Assembly (NCBI GenBank): GCA_964537035.1
Contig: CAZIAK010000002.1
Coordinates: forward strand, 32,901-96,900
Length of the DNA stretch: 64,000 bases
From: an uncultured Phycisphaerales bacterium
Lineage (GTDB): Bacteria; Planctomycetota; B15-G4
Direction: 5' to 3'
Position 1 is the first letter of the stretch, and every line of letters starts with the position of its first letter. Below the pieces are notes generated by a model. It saw only the letters and a program-made list of their open reading frames with translations. It was not told the DNA's origin and did no database searches. Made by a program: the position numbers and the translations under genes. This document shows, piece by piece, positions 28,603-38,900 of the stretch.

Positions 28603-30252
28603 CTATTGCAGGGTCACCGTGAGCGTGCGGGTCACGTGGCGTAGCTGCTTCAACAGCCCGAACTGGGACAGATCAAGGGTCAGCCCGGCGAAGTGCAAGG
28701 GCAGCCCGATCAGCGCCGGGTTGGGCGGCACCACCACCGCGACCGTGGCCTCTGCGGTCGGCGGCAGAAGGCCCTGAAAGCCCAAGAAGGGCAGACCCGT
28801 GCTGGGGTACAGCAGCGAGTGGTCGAACAGCGTGTCGAGGGACAGGCCCCACTGGCGTCCGTCTGGCAAGGCGATGCCTGACGTGCCGAGGGAGGCGCCC
28901 ACAAGGTAGTAATGGCCCGCGCTGCCGGGCAGGTCCAGGTCGAGCTGGAACGTGCCGCCGATGACCGGAGGGTCGACCAGGGACAGCGAGGGGCGGGCGT
29001 AGCGGCGCAGGTAGATGTCCTTGTCTTGCGCCGGCGACGGGTTGCCGGTGAGGCCGGGCCCGCTGTAAGTGAACAGGATCGTCTCGCCGCTGGGGTCGAT
29101 CGCCACCTGCGGACGTTCGTAGATACCGGGGACGCCCTGGCTGACCACGATCTCGCCGCCCAGGCTGGCGCCGTTGGCGTCGTAGCACCGGGCCAAGATG
29201 CGCGCGCTGCCTGTCGACCAGTCCTCCCAGGCCACCACGAAGTTGCCCACGTGATCGGCGGCCACCTCGGGCAGCTTCTGGTCGCCGGCGGTGGTCACGT
29301 TCACCTGCCACTCCGGGCCCAGGGGCTGACCAGTCGTGTCGTAGCGCCGAGCCCAGATGCCGTCCCCGTCCCCGTCGTTGCCCCGGTCTTCCCAGACGAT
29401 GATGAACACGCCCTGGCCTGCAGGCAGCTTGGACACGGCCATGCGCGGTTCGAGCTGATCGAAGGGCAGCGTCGAGTCGTTGACCACGAACTCCAAGGGG
29501 TCGAGGGCCACGCCGTTGGTGTTGAAGCGTCGGGCCAGCAGGTTGGTGGCAGTGCCCGCCATCACGTTGCCGCCGAAGTCGCTGTAGATGGTCAGCACGA
29601 TGCCGTCCGCGGAGACGTCCACCTCGGCCTCGGTCTGGCCGTTGTTGTGGTACGTGTTGATGTTCACGTCGCCCGAGGTGGGCGTGCCATCGACGGTCAT
29701 GAAACGCATGTACGCTTCGCCGTCGTCGTCGCCGTTGAAGGCCACCACCCAGCCGCCGCCAGGCAGAGGCTTGGGCATGGGCTCCCACTGGCTCTCCATC
29801 CAGGTAAGGCTGATGGGGAAGTCTGGCCCCATGGGTTGACCCGCGCTGTCGTAGACCCGGCCGAAGACGCCGATGCCGTCGCCGTCGTTGCTGTCCCGAT
29901 CGGTCCAGCAGACGAACGCGTTGCCAAACTCGTCCATGGCGATCATGGGCTCGTCCTGGTCTTTGATCTGGAAGAACTCGTTGGCCAGCAGCTCGGCGCT
30001 CGTGGGCGTGCCCTCGAGGTCAAAGAAACGCAGGGAGATGTCGTGAAAGACCACCGTGGACCAGGCCAGGGCGAAGCGGTCGCCGATCGGATCCATGGCC
30101 ACCTTGCCCCAGCGCTGGGTGAAGGACAGGTTCTCGTTGACCACGACTTCAGGGCCCAAGGGCGTGAGCCCGTCGGAGAGGGGCCGCGCCGCACCTGCGA
30201 GGAGGCAGACCCCGAGGAGCGAGACGAGAGTGCGACGAGACAACAAACCCAT
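28603..30252 (-). CDS. Secreted six-blade beta-propeller repeat protein
   Basis: Signal peptide MGLLSRRTLVSLLGVCLLAGAA. Six roughly 50-aa repeats of the type F[VI]xxWxDxxxxDGDGxG[IV]FGR[RV]YDxxGxPxGPEFxVN, for example NAFVCWTDRDSNDGDGIGVFGRVYDSAGQPMGPDF and GVFIIVWEDRGNDGDGDGIWARRYDTTGQPLGPEW. The minus ORF 28673..29788 in another frame is Arg-rich and spurious. Confidence 0.7.
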   Translation of the reverse strand: MGLLSRRTLVSLLGVCLLAGAARPLSDGLTPLGPEVVVNENLSFTQRWGKVAMDPIGDRFALAWSTVVFHDISLRFFDLEGTPTSAELLANEFFQIKDQDEPMIAMDEFGNAFVCWTDRDSNDGDGIGVFGRVYDSAGQPMGPDFPISLTWMESQWEPMPKPLPGGGWVVAFNGDDDGEAYMRFMTVDGTPTSGDVNINTYHNNGQTEAEVDVSADGIVLTIYSDFGGNVMAGTATNLLARRFNTNGVALDPLEFVVNDSTLPFDQLEPRMAVSKLPAGQGVFIIVWEDRGNDGDGDGIWARRYDTTGQPLGPEWQVNVTTAGDQKLPEVAADHVGNFVVAWEDWSTGSARILARCYDANGASLGGEIVVSQGVPGIYERPQVAIDPSGETILFTYSGPGLTGNPSPAQDKDIYLRRYARPSLSLVDPPVIGGTFQLDLDLPGSAGHYYLVGASLGTSGIALPDGRQWGLSLDTLFDHSLLYPSTGLPFLGFQGLLPPTAEATVAVVVPPNPALIGLPLHFAGLTLDLSQFGLLKQLRHVTRTLTVTLQ

Positions 30253-30755
30253 GGTGGGCCCCTGGAGAGAGGAGGGCGACTGGACGCCAGAGCGAGTATA
30301 CGCCGGGTCTACGCGCCTGGCTGGCGAGCCCTCCTGAACCCCCAAGGCGAGCGCCGAGGCCCCCTGAACGCACGCGAGCCACCCGCGGTCAGCGGATGGC
30401 TCGTCGTGGTCTGGCGAGGTCTCTGTCCGTGACCCGCCCGTCTTGTCTCGTCTGGGTACTGTCTCTGTCGTTTCACTCTTGTCCGGAGAGTTCACAGCTG
30501 CTGAGGACGCTGTCCCTAACGCCTCGGCAGGGGGTTTGTCGCCCAGAGCCGAGCTGTGATGCCCTTAATACGGGGGCCGCTCCAAGGTGGTGGAAATGCT
30601 TCGGTCTTTTTCTTTGAGCTGCAGCAAATCCGCCGCAGCCACGCCAGAACCGCACTTGAGGGCGCGATTCGGTCGATGGTCCTGCTAGTCTGCTGGAGCC
30701 CTCGGCGATCGCGGGCGCCGGGCGACCTGCGATCGAGGACGGCCGGAGCCACTGC

Positions 30756-32393
30756 ATGGCAGCGCAGAGCAACCCTTCGCCACGTGACCACGACCCCTGC
30801 CAGGCCAGCGACGCCCTCGCAGAGCTGAAGTGGGAACGCCGGCTTTTCCTTGATGGACCCGTGATCGTCTTTCGCTGGGTCGCCACGGAGGGCTGGCCGG
30901 TGGAATACGTCTCCCCCAATGTGGATCAGCTCTTCGGGCGCTCCGCAGACGACTTCATGACCGGCCGGGTGGCGTACGCCAGCACCGTGCATCCCGATGA
31001 TCTGGCACGAGTGGCCGATGAGGTCAGTTCCCACAGCGCAGCGGGCGCCGCCACGTTTGAGCAGGAGTACCGCATCGTCCGCCCGGACGGCGAGGTGCGC
31101 TGGCTGTTCGATTTCACCGTGGTCAATCGTGATGAGCAGGGCGAGGTCACCCACTACTCGGGCTATGCCTTCGACGTCACCGACCGGAAGCTGGAGCAAC
31201 AGGCCCAGGAACGTCTCGAGGAGCAGGTGCGTCAGACCCAGAACCTCGAGAGCCTGGGCGTCCTGGCCGGAGGCATCGCCCACGACTTCAACAACTTGCT
31301 CGTGGGCATCATGGGCAACGCCACTCTGGCCCGAGAAGATCTCCCCGCCGACTCACCCACCCAGGCCCTGCTAGAGGGAATCGAGCGGGCCTCGTTGCGC
31401 GCGGCCGAACTCTCCAATCGCATGCTGGCCTACTCGGGCAGAGGCTGCTGCAGCACCGAGACCATCGACCTCAACGAGCTGCTGCGAGAAACGGTGATGC
31501 TCGTGCAGTCGTCCCTGGCCCCAGAGGCCCAGCTGCACTTTGACCTGCCTGACGATCTGCCCCCCATCGAGGGCGATGGCACCCAGCTGCGACAGCTGGT
31601 GATGAACCTGGTCACCAACGCCTCCGACGCTCTGGCTGAGGGCGGGGGCACGATCGAGGTCAGCAGTCGGCTGGTGGTCCTGGGGCAGACCCACCCTCCC
31701 AGGGACGACGCATTCGTGGCCAGCCTGTCCCCTGGCCCCTGCCTGTTGCTCAAGGTGGTCGACGACGGCAGTGGCATGGATGAAGAGACCCAGCGCAAGC
31801 TGTTCGAACCCTTCTATTCGACCAAGTTCACCGGCCGCGGCCTGGGCATGGCCACGGCGCTGGGCATTGTGCGCAGCCACAAGGGCGCCATCCGAGTCTC
31901 CAGCGAACTCGGCGTGGGCACCCGTTTTGAGATCATGCTCCCGGTCGCCGCCGATCCGGCCCCCGCCCCCGTCAGGGCGTCGGCCAAGGTCACAGCTGCA
32001 GATCATCGAGGCCATGTCCTGATCGTGGACGATGAAGGGCTGGTGCTACAGCTGGCCCAGCAGGTCCTGGAGCGTGCGGGATTCTCCGTGTGTGCCGTCT
32101 CGACTGGGCAGGAGGCCATCGCTCATCTGCGCAGGGCGGACCCCACCCCCCAGCTGGTGCTGCTCGATCTGACCATGCCGCACTTCGACGGCAGCCAGAC
32201 CCTGGCCGAACTCAAGCGTCTCGCGCCCCAGGTCCCGGTGATTCTCTCCAGCGGCTTCAGTGAGCAGGAGACCACCAAGATCATCGGCGAGGGGCTGTCC
32301 GGGTTCATCCAGAAGCCCTACTCGCCGTCGTCGTTGGTGGCAGCGGTAGGCCAGGTCCTGGGACAGCTGAGCAACGGCGAGAGTGGCTGTTAA
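30756..32393 (+). CDS. PAS-domain hybrid sensor histidine kinase with a C-terminal receiver
   Basis: PAS region VEYVSPNVDQLFG...YRIVRPDGEVRW. H-box GGIAHDFNNLL. HATPase N/G boxes LVMNLVTNASDA and GRGLGMA. Receiver VLIVDDEGLVLQLAQQVLERAGFSV...LVLLDLTMP. Confidence 0.9.
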   Translation: MAAQSNPSPRDHDPCQASDALAELKWERRLFLDGPVIVFRWVATEGWPVEYVSPNVDQLFGRSADDFMTGRVAYASTVHPDDLARVADEVSSHSAAGAATFEQEYRIVRPDGEVRWLFDFTVVNRDEQGEVTHYSGYAFDVTDRKLEQQAQERLEEQVRQTQNLESLGVLAGGIAHDFNNLLVGIMGNATLAREDLPADSPTQALLEGIERASLRAAELSNRMLAYSGRGCCSTETIDLNELLRETVMLVQSSLAPEAQLHFDLPDDLPPIEGDGTQLRQLVMNLVTNASDALAEGGGTIEVSSRLVVLGQTHPPRDDAFVASLSPGPCLLLKVVDDGSGMDEETQRKLFEPFYSTKFTGRGLGMATALGIVRSHKGAIRVSSELGVGTRFEIMLPVAADPAPAPVRASAKVTAADHRGHVLIVDDEGLVLQLAQQVLERAGFSVCAVSTGQEAIAHLRRADPTPQLVLLDLTMPHFDGSQTLAELKRLAPQVPVILSSGFSEQETTKIIGEGLSGFIQKPYSPSSLVAAVGQVLGQLSNGESGC

Positions 32394-34512
32394 CATCTCC
32401 AGCCCGTTCGCTCTCCGAGACCCTCACGCCTTGTCCTCCCTGCCCAGCTGTCACGGTGCGTCGCTCTTGCCCCCGATCAGAAGCCGACCGCTGCGAGCCT
32501 GGCTGCGCCGCCTGTCATCGACCACCCTCCTGCTCGCGTTGGTTTGCGGCTGCGCGGAAGACGACACGGGTGACCCTGCGCCTCAGCCCACCACGGAGCT
32601 GCAAGGTACCCACGACGTGGTCCAGCCCACCGCAGAGGTCCCGACCACACCGCGCACCCTGCTGCTGGTGACCTTCGACACCACCCGGGCCGATCACCTG
32701 GGCAGCTATGGACGCACCGAGGCGGTCACCCCGGTGACCGACCGCCTGGCCTCCGAGGGCCTGCTCTTCGAGCGGGCCTATGCCCCCGCGCCGATCACCT
32801 TGCCCTCTCACGCGTCGATCCTCACCGGCGTGCTGCCCGCTGTGCATGGCGTGCGGGACAACGGCCAGTACATCCTGGGCGAGGAGGCCGTGCTGGTCTC
32901 AGAGGTGCTTGAGCAGCAGCAGTGGCGCACCGCCGCCTTCGTGTCCAGCTTCGTGCTCGATGAGAGCTTCGGGCTCGGCCAGGGCTTCGGGCACTACAGC
33001 GGCGCCGCCACGTCCAACCTGGGGGGACAGGCTCACGCCAACGAGCGCTCTGCCCGGAGTGTGGTCGACGATGCGCTGAGCTGGGCTGCCGCCGCCTCAC
33101 CCGCCGACGATCTCTTTCTCTGGGTTCATTTCTACGACCCCCACTGGCCCTACATCTCACCTCCAGACTGGACCGGCTCGGCCTACGACGGCGAGATCGC
33201 CCGGTGTGACCAACAGCTGGGACGTCTGCTGGCGGGCCTCGACGACTTGCAGCGCACCCCCGGGCTGACCACGGTGGTCACCGCTGACCATGGCGAGAGC
33301 CTGGGCGAGCGGGGCGAGCTGTCCCATGGCGTGTTCGTGTACGAGTCGGCGGTGCGCGTGCCCCTGATCGTGTCCGGTGCAGGGCTGGGCGGCGAGCCTG
33401 GTGCGCGCTTGCCCGAGCCCGTGAGCATCGCGGCCATCGCCCCGACCCTGCTCGCCCTCGCAGGGCTTGATCCCTCTGAGCTGCCCCACTGTGAGACGCC
33501 GGCGTTGATCCATGCCGATGGGACCCCTCAGGCGGGCGAGGCTTCGCGGCCCCTGCTGCTGGAGACCTGGTACCCGTACAACTCCTATCGCTGGCACCCT
33601 CTGCAAAGCTTGGTCTGGAACGGGCACAAGCTCATTCGTGGCGCCGCCCTCGAGCTCTACGACCTGAACGCCGACCCCGCCGAGCAGACCGAACTCACCG
33701 GCGCTCAGCCCGAGCTCACCGCGCTCATGTCTGCCCAGCTCGACCAGACATTGGCAGCCGCCACGACGGTCGACTGGGCTGCCCAGCGAACGCTCACCGC
33801 GGACGAGCTGGCCAACCTCCGTTCGCTCGGCTATGCGGGGGGCGGCCCTTCACTCGAGGGCTCCTTGTCCGACGGCCTGCCCGACGGGCGTGAACTGATC
33901 GGCGACACGAAGAGCCTGGACAAGGTGCGCACCTTGCTCACCGACGTGCAGGGTCTGCTGGTACAGCCACCCACCAACGATCAGCGGGTCATGGCTGACC
34001 GATCCGCCCGGGCCAGAGCCTGGCTCGTGCGTTGCCGGGGACTGTTGCAACCGCTGCAAGAGGGACACCCTGCCAACCCCATGGCCGCGTCCTACCGGGG
34101 CACGGTCGAGGCTGCCCTGGGCGAGGCCGCCGCAGCCATCCCCCACCTTGAGCTGGCGGTGCGGGCCAACCCCCGGGACCCGGCCCTGCGCTTCACCCTT
34201 GGCGAGAGCTACCAGCAGACCGGTCGGCTCGACGACGCCTGCCAACAGATGCTGGCCACCCTGACCATCGAGCCCCGCTACACAGCCGCCCTCAACTGGA
34301 TGACCTGGTACCGCTCCCAACAAGGGCAACTGGGCCAGGCCGTGTGGTGGGCAGAAACCTTGATCGCGATCATCCCTGAAGCCGACCCGGGGCGCGCCGC
34401 CTTCGTCTCGGCCCTGAACGGGCTGCGGGCAGAGATGACAGAGAGTGGTCAGTCGATGGCACCCGACAACGCCTATCCTCTGGACCCGTTGCCCTTGCCC
34501 CTGAACCCGTGA
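32383..34512 (+). CDS. Sulfatase-fold lipoprotein with Thr in place of the formylglycine Cys and a C-terminal TPR-like domain. It is a paralogue of 17537..19630.
   Basis: Lipoprotein signal TLLLALVCGC. LLLVTFDTTRADHLGSYG. At the C-x-P-x-R position the sequence reads ITLPSHASILTG (T..H). The C-terminal helical TPR-like region is roughly residues 480-709. The listed start overlaps the upstream gene by 11 nt; the true start may be a downstream GTG/TTG. Confidence 0.75.
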   Translation: MAVNISSPFALRDPHALSSLPSCHGASLLPPIRSRPLRAWLRRLSSTTLLLALVCGCAEDDTGDPAPQPTTELQGTHDVVQPTAEVPTTPRTLLLVTFDTTRADHLGSYGRTEAVTPVTDRLASEGLLFERAYAPAPITLPSHASILTGVLPAVHGVRDNGQYILGEEAVLVSEVLEQQQWRTAAFVSSFVLDESFGLGQGFGHYSGAATSNLGGQAHANERSARSVVDDALSWAAAASPADDLFLWVHFYDPHWPYISPPDWTGSAYDGEIARCDQQLGRLLAGLDDLQRTPGLTTVVTADHGESLGERGELSHGVFVYESAVRVPLIVSGAGLGGEPGARLPEPVSIAAIAPTLLALAGLDPSELPHCETPALIHADGTPQAGEASRPLLLETWYPYNSYRWHPLQSLVWNGHKLIRGAALELYDLNADPAEQTELTGAQPELTALMSAQLDQTLAAATTVDWAAQRTLTADELANLRSLGYAGGGPSLEGSLSDGLPDGRELIGDTKSLDKVRTLLTDVQGLLVQPPTNDQRVMADRSARARAWLVRCRGLLQPLQEGHPANPMAASYRGTVEAALGEAAAAIPHLELAVRANPRDPALRFTLGESYQQTGRLDDACQQMLATLTIEPRYTAALNWMTWYRSQQGQLGQAVWWAETLIAIIPEADPGRAAFVSALNGLRAEMTESGQSMAPDNAYPLDPLPLPLNP

Positions 34513-34558
34513 AGTGCTCAGGCGCCTTCGCCCCCCACCGACAACCCACCGGGCACCC

Positions 34559-35401
34559 ATGGCCACCTACGCAATCGGCGACATCCAGGGCTGCTTCAAG
34601 ACGTTTCAGGCGCTCCTCGATCGCATCCAGTTTGATGAGGGCTGCGACTCGCTCTGGCTCGCCGGCGACCTGGTCAACCGGGGCCCGGACTCCCACGGCA
34701 TGTTGCGCTGGGCCGTCGACCACGACGCTCAGCTGACCTGCGTGCTGGGCAACCACGACCTGCACCTGCTCTCGGCGGCGGCGGGACGGCGCAGCGCCCG
34801 ACCGCGAGACACGCTCACGGCGATCCTGGAAGCCGACGACCGAGAAGAGCTGTTGCACTGGCTCAGACGACAGCCGCTGGTACACCAGGCCACTGTTGCA
34901 GGACAGCAGCTACTCATGGTCCACGGGGGCCTGCACCCTCGGTGGACGGCACAGCGCGCCGTTGAGCTGGCAGGCGAGGTGAGCGCGGCCCTGATCCGAG
35001 ACGACGGCGCCGAGTTGCTGGCCGCCCTGGCCGAGATGCCCACGAGCCGCTGGGACGACAACCTGCGGGGTGGGGAGCGCCTGGCCATGATCATCGGCGT
35101 GCTCACCCGATCGCGGGCCTGCCACGACGACGGCACACCCTGCTCGGACTTCAGCGGCCCGCCCGACCAGGCTCCGGCGAACTGCCATCCCTGGCATGCC
35201 CTCAAGACCGTCGCCTGGTCAGACCACCGGGTGATCTGCGGTCATTGGGCAGCTCAAGGCATCGAGATCACCGAGCGGGTCATCGCCCTGGACAGCGCCT
35301 GCGTCTGGGGCGGCGAACTCAGCGCCTACCGCCTCGAAGACGGCCAGCTGTTCAGCGAACCCCTGCGCGACGAGCTGCCCCCGCGCACAGCTCCAAGCTG
35401 A
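34559..35401 (+). CDS. apaH: Bis(5'-nucleosyl)-tetraphosphatase (symmetrical) ApaH
   Basis: MATYAIGDIQGC...LAGDLVNRGPDS...GNHD metallophosphoesterase motifs in the ApaH arrangement. Confidence 0.85.
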   Translation: MATYAIGDIQGCFKTFQALLDRIQFDEGCDSLWLAGDLVNRGPDSHGMLRWAVDHDAQLTCVLGNHDLHLLSAAAGRRSARPRDTLTAILEADDREELLHWLRRQPLVHQATVAGQQLLMVHGGLHPRWTAQRAVELAGEVSAALIRDDGAELLAALAEMPTSRWDDNLRGGERLAMIIGVLTRSRACHDDGTPCSDFSGPPDQAPANCHPWHALKTVAWSDHRVICGHWAAQGIEITERVIALDSACVWGGELSAYRLEDGQLFSEPLRDELPPRTAPS

Positions 35402-35495
35402 TCCAGGGTTGGTCCGAGACACGGATGCTCCATGGGAGCAGGTCGCCTGGGCTACGTAGGCTGGCTCCCTGGGCTACCCAGGCCCTCGGCTCAAC

Positions 35496-35846
35496 TCAGC
35501 TCAGCAGCTGGGACGCCGCCACACCGCCCACGGTGAACAGCAGGGGCAGCAGCAACGCGCCGAGACAACCGCTCTTCTTGGGTGGAGTCGCACTCGCCGG
35601 GTCGAGAGGCTTGTTGCAGCTGGTGCAGTTGGGGCGCTGTTCTTTGCGCGGATCACCGAGGGCGTTCTTGGAGCCGCAGTGCGGGCAGAACCAGGTGCCG
35701 TTCGGGTCGGGAGGATCGTCGCGAAAGTAGACCGCTTCGGCCAGCTTCTCACGGCAGTCTTCGCTGCAGATCACGTTGCCGTAGAAGGTGCGTTCGGCCC
35801 CGGTGATGTCCTTGCCGCAGCTCTGGCAGTAGGTGGTCTTGGCCAT
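35496..35846 (-). CDS. Tail-anchored double zinc-ribbon protein (116 aa)
   Basis: MAKTTYCQSCGKD...CSEDC and CPHCGSK...CTSCNK form two C-x2-C...C-x2-C ribbons. C-terminal TM LGALLLPLLFTVGGVAASQLL. The rest of the long listed minus ORF 35496..38429 is antisense to the oxoprolinase gene. Confidence 0.6.
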   Translation of the reverse strand: MAKTTYCQSCGKDITGAERTFYGNVICSEDCREKLAEAVYFRDDPPDPNGTWFCPHCGSKNALGDPRKEQRPNCTSCNKPLDPASATPPKKSGCLGALLLPLLFTVGGVAASQLLS

Positions 35847-35903
35847 GGACAACTCTCGCTGAGGGGGCGGGCAGCATAACCCGACGACTGCTACGATGAG
35901 CCC

Positions 35904-38900
35904 ATGGGTTGGCGCATCTTTCTCGACCGAGGCGGCACCTTCACGGACGTGGTGGCCGAGGACGCCAGGGGCCGCGTGCACGTCGAGAAGCTGCTCAGCG
36001 CCCCAGCAGATGGCAGCGATCCCCTGGCCACGGCCACGGCCGGGCGCGTCGTCGACGAGCTGCGCATGGGCACCACCGTGGCCACCAACGCCCTGCTCGA
36101 GCGGCAGGGCGCCCGGGTGCTGCTGCTGACCACCAAGGGCTTTGGCGACATCCTGGAGATCGCCAGCCAGGAGCGGCCGGACATCTTCGCCCTGCAGATC
36201 CACAAGCGGCAGCTGCTCCACGAGGCCGTGGCCGAGATCGACGAGCGCATTCTGGTGGATGGCCAGATCGAGCGGCCGCTCGACAGCGGCGCAGTGCGCC
36301 AGGCGGCCTCTGGCTTCGACCACGTGGCCGTGCTGTTCATGCACTCGTGGATCAACCCGGCCCACGAGCTGGCCGCCGAGGTCGCGCTGAAGGCCGCCGG
36401 AGTGAGCCACGTGACCCTCTCGCACAGGGTCGCCGCCCAGATCGGGCTGGTGGCTCGGGGCGACACCACCATGGCCGACGCCTACCTGACGCCGCTGCTG
36501 CGAGCGTCCGTGGCCCGGGCGGCCGGAGCCCAGCGGCGAGTGCTGTGCATGCAGTCCAGCGGCGGGCTCACGTCCGCAGAACACTTCTCCGGCAAGGACG
36601 CCATCTTGTCCGGCCCCGCGGGCGGCGTGGTGGCCTGCGCCGAGGTGGCCCGGGCGAGCGGAGCAGAGAAGCTCATCGGTCTCGACATGGGCGGCACGTC
36701 CACCGATGTGTGCCGTTACGACGGTTCGTTCGAGCGGGTCTACGAGTCGGTCACCGCCGGCGTGCGCCTGGCCACACCCATGCTGAACATCGTCACCGTC
36801 GCCGCAGGGGGAGGCTCGATCCTCACCGAGCAAGACGGTCGCTGGCGGGTCGGCCCGGCCAGCGCTGGCGCGAACCCGGGCCCGGCCTGCTACGGGCGCG
36901 GCGGCCCGGCCACGGTCACGGACGCCAACCTGGTCCTCGGCCGCCTGCGCCCCGAGTTCTTCCCCCACCTGAATCTCGATGTGCGAGCGGCCACGGAGAG
37001 GCTGGCTGCGTTTGGCGAACCCCGCGCCGCAGCCCAGGGCTTCATCGCCATCGCCGTGGACAACATGGCCGCCGCCATCCGACGCATCTCCGTGGGCCGC
37101 GGTTACGACCCTCGCGAGTACGCCCTGTGCGCCTTCGGCGGCGCGGGAGGACAGCACGCCTGCGCCGTGGCGCGGGAGCTGGGCATGACCAAGGTGATCC
37201 TCCACCCTCTGGCCGGTGTGCTGTCGGCCTACGGCATCGGCCTGGCGGACGTGAGCCACCATGCCGTGACGCCGCTCACCACGGCTGGCTTCGACGGCGC
37301 GCCAGTGTTTCCCGTCGAGCAGGCACGGGCAGCCCTGGGAGACGAGCCGTTCGAGCACATCGATGTCTTGCGTTCCATCGATGTGCGCTACGTGGGCGGG
37401 CACTCCACGTTGAACGTGCCTTGGGGCGATGACTGGCGAGACGCCTTCGCCCTGGAACATCGCCAGACCTTCGGCTTCGACAGACCGGGCCATGGCCTTG
37501 AGATCACCGCCGCCCGGGTGGATGCGATCGGCCGTGTCCCCGGGCTGCCGTTGCCAACGAAACCCGGTGTCGCGCACGTGCCCGAGCCTTTTCAAGCGCC
37601 TGGGCACGGCGGCGATCAGGCTGTGTATCGCCGCCAAGATCTCAGCGGCGGCGCCACCTTCGACGGCCCGGCGTTGGTGGTGGAGGACAACGCCACCACC
37701 GTGGTCGAGGCCGGGTGGACGGCGACGATCGACGACCACGGCCAGCTGCTGCTGCACGATCACGGTGCGACGGCCCCACAGCTCTCTGGCCAGCGAGACC
37801 CGGTCACCCTCGAGGTGATGTCGAACCTGTTCATGTCCATGGCCACCCAGATGGGTGAACACCTGCGCCGGGTGGCCCACTCCACCAACATCAAGGAGCG
37901 CCTCGACTTCAGCTGCGCCCTGTTCGACGGCGCCGGGCAGCTGGTGGCCAACGCGCCGCACATCCCCGTGCACCTCGGTGCCATGGGCGAGACCGTGCGC
38001 CAACTCATGGCCGACCACGACCTGCAAGACGGCGACGCCTGGCTGATCAACGATCCCTACCGGGGCGGCTCGCACCTGCCCGACCTCACCGTGGTCACGC
38101 CCCTCTTTCGCGACGGCCGACTCGCTTGCCTGGTGGCCAACCGTGGTCACCACGCCGACGTGGGCGGCAGCACCCCGGGCTCCATGCCCACAGACTCCAC
38201 CAGCCTTGCCGATGAAGGCGCCCTGTTCAGCGGGCAGCTGCTCTTGCGCGACGGCCGCCTGATCGAAGACGAGGTCAGAGCAGTGTTCGACAGCGCGGGC
38301 ACGAGGGACACGGACGAACGCATGGCGGATCTCGCCGCCCAGGTCGCCGCCAACCGAGAAGGCGCGCGGTTGTTCCAAGAGGTGTGCGACCGGCACGGCA
38401 CCCACATCATCGCCGCCTGGATGGACCACGTGCTCGACAACGGCGCCGAGGTCATGGCCGACGTGGTGTCCCGACTCGGCAGCGGACAGTTCGCGGACAG
38501 GCTCGACGACGGTTCGGTCGTGGCCGTGTCCATCACCGTCAACGAGGGCCGGGCCCTGATCGACTTCAGCGGCACCTCACCGGCGCTCCGCGGCAACCTC
38601 AACGCACCCCGCGCCGTGACCCGGGCCGCCGTGCTCTACGTCTTTCGCACCTTGGCCGCCCGGGACATCCCGCTCAACGAGGGCTGCGCCCGGGTGCTCG
38701 ACATCGTCATCCCCGAAGGCAGCCTGCTCGATCCGCCCAGCCCCCATGCCGTGGTGGGCGGCAACGTGGAGACCAGCCAGCGCGTGGTGGACGTGCTCTA
38801 CGGCGCCCTGGGAGTGCTCGCCGCAGCCCAGGGCACGATGAACAACCTGACCTTTGGCGATGACAGCTTCGGCTACTACGAGACGGTCTGTGGCGGCGCG

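Noticed and set aside
30291-30300. TATACT hexamer about 45 nt upstream of the propeller gene start; a possible -10 box
   Set aside because: No convincing -35 element at proper spacing, and promoter consensus in this lineage is uncertain. I kept it only as a note within the sRNA/leader finding.
35848-38429. Upstream 860 codons of the listed 977-aa minus ORF 35496..38429
   Set aside because: Only the last 116 codons (the Zn-ribbon protein) look coding. The rest is antisense to the fused oxoprolinase gene.
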